The position numbers and the translations under genes are program-made. Positions 15,995-23,270 of a DNA stretch of 64,000 nt are shown in pieces. The DNA is from Hyphomicrobiaceae bacterium (GTDB lineage Bacteria > Pseudomonadota > Alphaproteobacteria > Rhizobiales > Methyloligellaceae), in the NCBI GenBank assembly GCA_028066055.1, contig JALCBY010000016.1, forward strand, positions 2,833-66,832, in the 5' to 3' direction. The notes under the pieces are model-generated. The model worked only from the letters and a program-made list of their open reading frames with translations, ran no database searches and was not told the origin of the DNA. How positions within the stretch are numbered: the stretch's first letter is position 1; the number at the start of each line of letters is the position of its first letter.

Positions 15995-17262
15995 TGTGGG
16001 CGAGCGCGGCAGACGGGTATAACTTCCTCACCTCCCAGAGCTGGGTGGGGATCCTCGGCCTGTTCTGGTTCACCCTTGTTTTCGACATTCCGAGATACGC
16101 TCTGGCGTTCGTCGCAGCCGCATTTTTCGGGCGGGTTGGCGCAGCTCGAACCGATGTTCAGGGTTTTGCCGGACGGGTCAGCGTCGTCATCGCCGGCCAC
16201 AACGAGGCGGATGCAATCGAGCGTTGCGTCAAGTCGTTCCAGGAGCAGAGTCGGCCGCCGGACGAGATCGTTGTTGTCAGCGATGGCTCGACCGATGGCA
16301 TGGAGAACACCCTACGCGAATTGCAGCGGAGGGGTGCCGTGGATCAGGTGCATTGCACCCACCTGCGCGCCGGAAAATCCGCCGCGTGCAACCTTGGTGA
16401 GCGCTACGCGACCGGCGAAATCATCGTCATCGCGGACTGCGACTGCACCTACGAGCGACATGCTCTCAAGGAAATACTGGCGCCATTCGAAGACCCCGCG
16501 ATCGGTGCGGTCTCTGGCAACATCCTCGTCCGCAACGCCTCCGAAACCCTCATCGCAACCTTCACGGCGATCGAGTATCTGATCAGCATCTCTCTCGGCA
16601 AACAGGCGGCGGCTCTGACGGACCACGTGACCTGCGTTTCCGGTGCATTTGGAGCCTTTCGCAAGACGGCCTTGGATCAGGTTCAGGGCAACGACGTTGG
16701 CGGCGGCGAGGATCTCGACATGACCCTGCGGCTGCGCAAGGCGGGCTGGAAGATCGCCTTCGAGCCGGATTCAATTTGCTACACCGATACGCCCGCCACG
16801 TTCAGCGCGCTCGTGCGCCAGCGCTTCCGCTGGGAGCGCGACGCGGTGCGCATCCGGTACAGGAAGCACGCCGATCTGATGAACCCCTTCTCGGCGAACT
16901 TTCAGTTGCACGAACTCTATCACGAGGTTGAATTCCTGATCTTCCACATTCTCGGGGCGATTCTCCTTCCCGTTTATGTGATCTGGCTGTTTCTGGCCTA
17001 CGGGGAAATGGCGGTCGTCATTCTTCTGTCGGTTCAGATTGGCCTGTTCTCTCTGGACCTGCTCTCGTTCATTCTTGCCGCATGGGCGACGCCGAAAGCG
17101 AACAGTCTGGGACTGCTGCCCTACACCTTCGGCTACAGCTTCTTCAACGGCTTCGTCATGCGCAACGTCAGGCTCGCCGCCTACCTGCAGGAATGGCTCT
17201 TCAACGCTTCCGCGGAAGATGAGTATCTGCCGCAGAAGGTCAGACTTACACGGAGATGGTAA
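15994..17262 (+). CDS. processive family-2 glycosyltransferase (PgaC/NodC/cellulose-synthase-like membrane synthase)
   Basis: It has N- and C-terminal TM helices. The motifs are VVSDGSTDG (D), IADCDC (DxD), GGGEDLDMT (TED-like) and QRFRWERD (QxxRW). The GTG start overlaps the upstream stop by 1 nt (TAGTG). Confidence 0.9.
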   Translation: MWASAADGYNFLTSQSWVGILGLFWFTLVFDIPRYALAFVAAAFFGRVGAARTDVQGFAGRVSVVIAGHNEADAIERCVKSFQEQSRPPDEIVVVSDGSTDGMENTLRELQRRGAVDQVHCTHLRAGKSAACNLGERYATGEIIVIADCDCTYERHALKEILAPFEDPAIGAVSGNILVRNASETLIATFTAIEYLISISLGKQAAALTDHVTCVSGAFGAFRKTALDQVQGNDVGGGEDLDMTLRLRKAGWKIAFEPDSICYTDTPATFSALVRQRFRWERDAVRIRYRKHADLMNPFSANFQLHELYHEVEFLIFHILGAILLPVYVIWLFLAYGEMAVVILLSVQIGLFSLDLLSFILAAWATPKANSLGLLPYTFGYSFFNGFVMRNVRLAAYLQEWLFNASAEDEYLPQKVRLTRRW

Positions 17263-18263
17263 TGGTCAAGTCACTGAGGAAACGTCCACGGCCAGACGCG
17301 CTGAAAACGGAACAGCGCAAGGCAACGAACAGGACGGGGCGCCTCGTCTATCTGTTCATGCTCGGTGCCCTCGCGCTCGCAGGCGTCAATTTCCTGTTCG
17401 GCGATCTGGTCTTCTTGCGTGCCGACGGCCTCGTTCTGCGCGACAAGACGACGGTCTCGACGACCTATCTGGCGCGTGTGGAAAGCGTCGATGTCGAGCC
17501 GGGGCAGATGGTGTCGGCGGGAAGCCCCATACTGCACGTCCAGTCGTCGGAAATTCTGGAGCGGCTGGCGGAACTCTCCTCAAAGAAGGCTTCGCTGACA
17601 GCCCAGGCCGCGGAGTTCAAGATGCGGGCGGCGAAGGCTACCAGTCTGCTTCCGCTGGCGAAGAAGCGCGAAAGCGAATCGGCGAAGATGCTGGAAAAGG
17701 TCGGCGATCTGTCCGGACGGAATGTTCTCACATTGGCGCAGTATGGCGACGCCCTGCGTGCACGCTTCGATGCGCGGCAGTCGTTCGTTGAGATCGAGGC
17801 CCAGGAGCGCGCGCTCAAGGGAGAGCTCGAAGCCATTGATTCAGCGCGGGACGATGCGGATAAGGCGCTCGACCGGCTGCGCGATCACTATGCCGATGGC
17901 GTTGTCCAGGCGCCGGTGGACGGTGCGATCGGAACGTCGGTTCCGTCCCGCGGTGACGTCTACCGTCCCGGCGAGACCATTCTCGAAATCTATTCCGGCA
18001 AGGCGTATGTCCTAGCATATCTGCCGCGCCGTTATCTTTTTGGGGTAAAGGTGGGAACCGAGGTTAAGGTCAAAAGCGGCCGCCACAAGGCGACGGGCGT
18101 CATTTCCGATATTCTTCCCGTGACGGCTGCCCTGCCGAACGAATTCCAGAACAGTTTCAAACCGCGGGACCGCAACCAGCTGGCGCGGATCACATTCGAC
18201 AATCCGACTTCATTCCCGCTGCATGAGAAGGTTTCGATCGGTCTGGATTACGATCTGTTCTAG
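17256..18263 (+). CDS. HlyD-family periplasmic adaptor-like protein partnered with the GT2 synthase
   Basis: It has an N-terminal TM (LVYLFMLGALALAGVNFLF), a lipoyl-like VESVDVEPGQMVSAGSPILHVQS segment, a coiled coil, then VVQAPVDGAIGT..GETILEIY. The start is ATG 17256 or ATG 17262; the latter overlaps the GT2 stop (TAATG). Confidence 0.85.
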   Translation: MVMVKSLRKRPRPDALKTEQRKATNRTGRLVYLFMLGALALAGVNFLFGDLVFLRADGLVLRDKTTVSTTYLARVESVDVEPGQMVSAGSPILHVQSSEILERLAELSSKKASLTAQAAEFKMRAAKATSLLPLAKKRESESAKMLEKVGDLSGRNVLTLAQYGDALRARFDARQSFVEIEAQERALKGELEAIDSARDDADKALDRLRDHYADGVVQAPVDGAIGTSVPSRGDVYRPGETILEIYSGKAYVLAYLPRRYLFGVKVGTEVKVKSGRHKATGVISDILPVTAALPNEFQNSFKPRDRNQLARITFDNPTSFPLHEKVSIGLDYDLF

Positions 18264-18281
18264 GAGGATTGGCCCTACGCC

Positions 18282-19505
18282 TCAGGCCGATGCGCGGGAT
18301 GGAACCGCAGCACTTTGCTGTGCGGCCTCCGGCAGCTCGAAGTAGAATACCGACCCCTTGCCCACTTCGGACTCAACGCCGATCCGGCCGTCATGTTGTT
18401 CGATGATGGATTTGCTGACGCTCAGACCGAGACCGGTGCCCTGTTTGTTGCGACCGGAACTATCCTCGACTTGAACGAACTTCTCGAACACCTTCCCCTG
18501 CTGTTCGGCCGGAATGCCCGGTCCGTGATCTCGCACCGACACCCGAATGCGTCCCTCATGCCGTTCGACGATCACGTCGACGGCGCGGCCTTCGGGCGAA
18601 AATTTGGCGGCGTTGGAGAGAAAGTTCGTGAGCACCTGTTCCAGTCTTTGCGCATCGGCATGCACATGGGCTTCGCCGAGCCGATCGTCCAGGCGGAACC
18701 AGACACCATGTTCTGCCGCATAGGGTTTGTTGTTCTCGATTGCCGTCTTCGCGAGCCCGACAATCTCGGTCTTTGCGAGGTCGAGCTGCATTTTTCCTGC
18801 CTCGGCCTTTCCTAGATCCAGCAGGTCGTTGACCATCGACTTCAGCTTCTCCGCGTTCCGCTGCGCGACGTCGAACAGTGCCGTGGCATTTGCGGGCAGT
18901 GCCTTTCCGAGGCCATGCCGGATCAGACTGAGCGAACCGAGAAGCGATGTGAGCGGCGTCCTGAATTCGTGGACAACCATCGAGAGCGCGTCCGATACAG
19001 GGTTCTTCTTTTCCGTTTCCTGCCGTGCTTCCGGTCTGCGTTGCGGCGCGGCTTTGCGTTTCGGAGCGAAAAACGTTTTGAACCTGTCGGCAAACCCTCT
19101 TCGCGGCTCTTTCTGGCGGATGGACGCTTTGTCGATGATCGAGGAGTGTTCTCCGCTTGCCTTGGAGCCGATGGGATCGATCAGGAGGCCTTCATCCTGC
19201 GAATTGGTCAGGAACTCGACGCCAGCCATGTGCTTGTCGCGCCAAACGATACGCCCGGCAATGACCTTGTCGAATCCCTCCGGCAACAGGTGAATAATCT
19301 CCGGCAGATCGTCGAGAGCATTGGTGACGATCCGGCAACCGGTGCGCGATACCTCGCGGATAATGCACTTCACCTCATATTTTTCATCAACGTCCGACGC
19401 AAACGCATGAATCGCGGTTTTTCTGCGACGCTCACCTCGGGCGCTGGACTCAGCGACCGTCGGATCGACTGATTCTGGAGACTTGGCGTGGCCCAACTGT
19501 CTCAT
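18282..19505 (-). CDS. PilZ domain-containing histidine kinase (PilZ - HisKA - HATPase_c, cytoplasmic)
   Basis: The N-terminus has PilZ-type motifs RGERR (RxxxR) and EVSRTG ((D/N)xSxxG-like), then GRIVWRDKHMAGVEFL. The H-box is MVVHEFRTPLTS, and the N/G boxes are NFLSNAAKF and GTGLGLSVSK. I saw no TM helices. Confidence 0.8.
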   Translation of the reverse strand: MRQLGHAKSPESVDPTVAESSARGERRRKTAIHAFASDVDEKYEVKCIIREVSRTGCRIVTNALDDLPEIIHLLPEGFDKVIAGRIVWRDKHMAGVEFLTNSQDEGLLIDPIGSKASGEHSSIIDKASIRQKEPRRGFADRFKTFFAPKRKAAPQRRPEARQETEKKNPVSDALSMVVHEFRTPLTSLLGSLSLIRHGLGKALPANATALFDVAQRNAEKLKSMVNDLLDLGKAEAGKMQLDLAKTEIVGLAKTAIENNKPYAAEHGVWFRLDDRLGEAHVHADAQRLEQVLTNFLSNAAKFSPEGRAVDVIVERHEGRIRVSVRDHGPGIPAEQQGKVFEKFVQVEDSSGRNKQGTGLGLSVSKSIIEQHDGRIGVESEVGKGSVFYFELPEAAQQSAAVPSRASA

Positions 19506-19790
19506 CCTCGCAAAAATCTGGTGTTTTGCGCATTCTGCGCCAACTCGCCATGCTCCTTCGGAGCGGCCAGAGCATTCCCGCGCAGTATTTCGCAGTTTCG
19601 CTAATGCGTGATTAATGAGCGGCGGTACGAATAGAAGTGACGAGCCGGGCTCTCAGCGCAACGTCGCTCCCGCGTCGAACTCGCGGACATGGCTGACCCG
19701 ACATCTGGAATCCGATCTTTCACAAGTGACATTTGCGACCGCCTGCTCCACGCTTGGGGTCGGGAAGCGAGTTTTTGCAATAGGAGACAG

Positions 19791-20633
19791 ATGGCTGAAC
19801 CTCGGCATATGGCGGCGCGGGCGCTCACCGTCGGGTCAATTACACATCTTGGCGAGGATCATACCGGGGCTCATGTCTGCACCGGCTCGCACGGCGGCCT
19901 GGCTGTGGGCAGATATGCGTTGTTCCGCCGGGTTTGCTCGTTGATCTGCCACGACGCCGGAATCGGCATGGATGACGCAGGTATCCGCGCTCTGGAGTTT
20001 CTTGATACGTACGGGTTGGCGGCCGCTGCGGTCGATCATCGGACGGCCCGGATCGGCGACAGTGACGACATGGTCGCACGCGGCATCATCTCCTGCGTTA
20101 ACCGGATAGCAACGGACTGTGGTGTCGCCGGTGGTATGTCGTGTGCGCGGGCTTTTGAAATCATGCAAAAGAATGCGCCGGCCCCGGAAATTCCTGAGAA
20201 TATCGTATCGGGGGTATTCAGGCGCATTGCCGTGCAGGGCTCGTGTGAGATCGGCGTTCACGCGCTTGATTCGGCATCGAGCATCACCGACGAGGATGCG
20301 GGTCATGTCGTCGTAACGGGGTCGCACGGCGGTCTTCCGGGGGCGGTGCGCGGCAATGCGATCAAGGCAAAGGTGATGTTTGCTGCGTTCAATGACGCGG
20401 GTGTCGGCATCGATGAGGCGGGCATCGCGCGTCTGGCTGCACTGGATGATGTGGGCGTCGCGGCGGTGGCCGTCTGCTGCCGGAGCGCGCGCATCGGCGA
20501 TGGCCTGTCGACCTACGAAACCGGAACCGTTTCCCATGCCAATCATCGCGCCCGCTCCTTGGGTGCGGCTCACGGTATTCCGCTGCGCGATTACATCGAT
20601 CAGCTCTTGCGAAAGCTGCCAAAGAACGATTGA
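19791..20633 (+). CDS. hypothetical protein with an internal tandem duplication (2x GSHGG...DAG(I/V)G..AGI...ARIGD module)
   Basis: The track ORF is 19689-20633. I prefer ATG 19791, which is preceded by AGGAG (19782-19786). The two halves align by eye. No family recognised. Confidence 0.65.
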   Translation: MAEPRHMAARALTVGSITHLGEDHTGAHVCTGSHGGLAVGRYALFRRVCSLICHDAGIGMDDAGIRALEFLDTYGLAAAAVDHRTARIGDSDDMVARGIISCVNRIATDCGVAGGMSCARAFEIMQKNAPAPEIPENIVSGVFRRIAVQGSCEIGVHALDSASSITDEDAGHVVVTGSHGGLPGAVRGNAIKAKVMFAAFNDAGVGIDEAGIARLAALDDVGVAAVAVCCRSARIGDGLSTYETGTVSHANHRARSLGAAHGIPLRDYIDQLLRKLPKND

Positions 20634-20720
20634 ACGGTCAATCCGGTGACATGCCGCTTCGAACCTGCGTGATCACGGGGTAATCTCTCGCCGGAACACC
20701 GTTGCACAGGAGGCATGCCG

Positions 20721-21314
20721 ATGGCACGCGTAAGAGATATCGAGATTGATGAAGTGCCGGAAGACGCCCGACCGGTCTATCAACGCTTCGCGACCGAGTA
20801 CGGACCGTTTCTCAACCAGGTGAAGGTTTTCGCTCACCGCCCGCCGGCGCTGCGGCACGTTATGGGAATGCTGCTCGAGCTCGCCGAGGAACAGGTGCTT
20901 CCGAAACGATATCTGGAGATCGCGCTGGTCGTGGTCTCGAAGCTCAACGAGTGCCGGTATTGCGTGGCTCACCATACGCCGCGACTGATTGAGCAGGGTT
21001 TGCCGCCGGAGTCGGTTGAAAACATCCTCGAGCCGGAAGTGCCAGGATTTGACGAAGTTGACCTGCTTGTCCGCGACTATGCGGTGCAGGTCACGAACAA
21101 CTTCCAGTATATCCGCGACAAGATGTTTGACGACCTGAGAGAGCACTTCAGCGAAGAGCAGATCGTCGAGCTGACGCTGCGGACGGCGCTGTGCGGGTTC
21201 TTCAACCGGTTCAACGACGCGTTGCAGATCGGCATGGAGGAAGGCGTTGTCGCCGACATGCTGGTTCATGGCGCTCGCGAGGAAAGCCTGCCGGTTGCTG
21301 GTCCAGATGCATAG
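20721..21314 (+). CDS. carboxymuconolactone decarboxylase / AhpD-like family protein
   Basis: It has the CxxC-H motif in context, SKLNECRYCVAHH. I prefer ATG 20721, 7 nt after AGGAGG; the track start 20715 is too close to the RBS. Confidence 0.75.
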   Translation: MARVRDIEIDEVPEDARPVYQRFATEYGPFLNQVKVFAHRPPALRHVMGMLLELAEEQVLPKRYLEIALVVVSKLNECRYCVAHHTPRLIEQGLPPESVENILEPEVPGFDEVDLLVRDYAVQVTNNFQYIRDKMFDDLREHFSEEQIVELTLRTALCGFFNRFNDALQIGMEEGVVADMLVHGAREESLPVAGPDA

Positions 21315-21503
21315 AATGGCGGTGCATGAGGACAATTTCCTGCTGTTGCCCCGGCTTTTCCGGGCGTAATCGATCTGGTTTTCAGAAGCGCCGTCTGCCG
21401 GATTCTCCGAGGTCCGGCGACGCTTGCTGTTGCATTGCCGGTCGGTCAGAGGGCAAAAGAAAGAACGTTCGCATTCGCGCAAGAGTAGATTTTGCATTCG
21501 GCA

Positions 21504-23270
21504 ATGACATCACCTGATCAAGAAGAACCGCTGTTCACCTTCGCCATCGTGACGGATACGCATATCCGCCCGCCGGACGGCGACGATTCCTCGCCCTTCG
21601 CCGTCAACGATCTGGCAAACGATCGCGCCCGTTACGCGATCGCCGCCATTGCCAGGCATGGGCCTGAGTTCACCATTCATCTCGGTGATATGGTCCATCC
21701 GCTGCCGCATCTGCCGACCTACGGTCCTGCGGCGGAAGAAGCTCTGTCCATATTCGAACCTCTGCGCGAGGAAATGCGCTTCGTGCCAGGCAATCATGAC
21801 ATCGGCGACAAGCCCATGGCGGGCTCGCCGGCCGGTGCGGTGGATGAAGCGAGTACCGAGATCTACAGGAAATATTTCGGGCCCGGCACGTTCAGCTTCG
21901 ATCACAAGGGCCTGCACGTGGTTGTGATGAACTCTTCGCTGGTCAATTCCGGAACCGAAATGGAAGTCCAGCAGAGCAAGTGGCTGGAGGCGGATCTGGC
22001 GGCGCACAGGGATGAACGCGTGTTTCTCTTCTCGCACTACCCGCCGTTCATCAACACGCCCGACGAACAATTGCACTACGACAATTACGAAGAACCGGGT
22101 CGCTCCTGGCTTCTGGAGCTCGTTCAGAGGTGCAACGTCGAGGCGGTGTTTTCCGGTCACGTACACCAGTTCTTCTACAACCGGCTCAGCGATACGAAAC
22201 TCTACTGCCTGCCGCCGACGAGTTTCACGCGCCAGGACTACAGCGAATTGTACGAGATCGGTCCGGCGCCTGAGTTCGGGCGCAACGATTCCGGTAAGTT
22301 CAGTTACGCACTGGTCGATTTTTTCCCGTCCGGTCACCGGTTGCGGGTGATTCCGACAGAAGGCCGCACGCTCGGAGTTGATGAGACACTGGAGGTTCCG
22401 GATCCCGTTGCAGCGAACCCGGAAAGAGAACCTTTGACCGTGCATCTCCGCCATGCCTGGGCGCGCGCAACCGACATGCCCTACAACGGGCCGATGGAGG
22501 AGTTTGCCCGCAAGCGCGCCCGCGACGACTATGTTCTGCTGCGGCTTTGGCAGATGGGAATTGCGAGGGTCCGAACACCCTTGAGCGACCTCACTGACGG
22601 CGAGTACGGACGCCGCGTGCGCGACTATCACGCTTCCGGCGTCCGTTTCACGTTCTTCTGTCCCGGCGTTCCCTCGGCACCCGCATGGGAAGCTTGCAAG
22701 GCGGATGCAGGCATGATCGATGTGGTCGAGTTTGTGTCGAACCAGGCAGATCTGTCGGACCTGGCTGACGACCTCGCGGGTTTCGACGGATCGGGCGGTC
22801 CGCCGGTGCATATCGGCAAGTTTCACTCCTCGGCCCATGAGCCGAAGCAGGGGTCGAAATTCGCCCACAGTGTGAGCTTCGGCTTCAAATGGGAGGATAG
22901 GGACACGCTGCTCGCGGCCTTGTGGCAGGCGGACAGGAACCGGGTAGTCAGCGGTGCCGCGTTTCAGGTGAACATGGAAGACGATCTGATGACGCGCCTC
23001 AACGAAATGAATGATTGGGCGAAGAACGCTGTGCTTTCCGCGGTCGCCGTTATCCGGCTGGCGGACGTGAACCCCGCGGAACCGAACTTCGATGACGATG
23101 CGATCCTGGGGCGCGTGCGCGATGCGACCGCTTTGACCGCCCCATTGGATCACGTCACCCTGCAGCTCGATACATACGCCGACATCGATCGCGGCTATCA
23201 TCCAAGGCACGGGCTGCTGGACGGGCGTTCGAACTTCCGGCCTGCGGGCCGCTTTCTCGCGCTGCGATGA
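21504..23270 (+). CDS. metallophosphoesterase (calcineurin-like) fused to a ~300-aa C-terminal domain of unknown function
   Basis: The motifs are FAIVTDTHIRP, IHLGDMVH, VPGNHDIGD and FSHYPP...SGHVH. The C-terminal half is not recognised. The track start is TTG 21492; I prefer ATG 21504. Confidence 0.8.
   Translation: MTSPDQEEPLFTFAIVTDTHIRPPDGDDSSPFAVNDLANDRARYAIAAIARHGPEFTIHLGDMVHPLPHLPTYGPAAEEALSIFEPLREEMRFVPGNHDIGDKPMAGSPAGAVDEASTEIYRKYFGPGTFSFDHKGLHVVVMNSSLVNSGTEMEVQQSKWLEADLAAHRDERVFLFSHYPPFINTPDEQLHYDNYEEPGRSWLLELVQRCNVEAVFSGHVHQFFYNRLSDTKLYCLPPTSFTRQDYSELYEIGPAPEFGRNDSGKFSYALVDFFPSGHRLRVIPTEGRTLGVDETLEVPDPVAANPEREPLTVHLRHAWARATDMPYNGPMEEFARKRARDDYVLLRLWQMGIARVRTPLSDLTDGEYGRRVRDYHASGVRFTFFCPGVPSAPAWEACKADAGMIDVVEFVSNQADLSDLADDLAGFDGSGGPPVHIGKFHSSAHEPKQGSKFAHSVSFGFKWEDRDTLLAALWQADRNRVVSGAAFQVNMEDDLMTRLNEMNDWAKNAVLSAVAVIRLADVNPAEPNFDDDAILGRVRDATALTAPLDHVTLQLDTYADIDRGYHPRHGLLDGRSNFRPAGRFLALR

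Noticed and set aside
19836-20573. 245-aa antisense ORF opposite the duplicated GSHGG protein
   Set aside because: It is Arg-rich with no RBS. The plus-strand frame shows an internal protein-level duplication and a good RBS, which argues that it is the real gene.
21510-23210. 566-aa antisense ORF opposite the metallophosphoesterase
   Set aside because: The plus strand carries all the canonical metallophosphoesterase motifs. The antisense product is R/H/V-rich shadow sequence.
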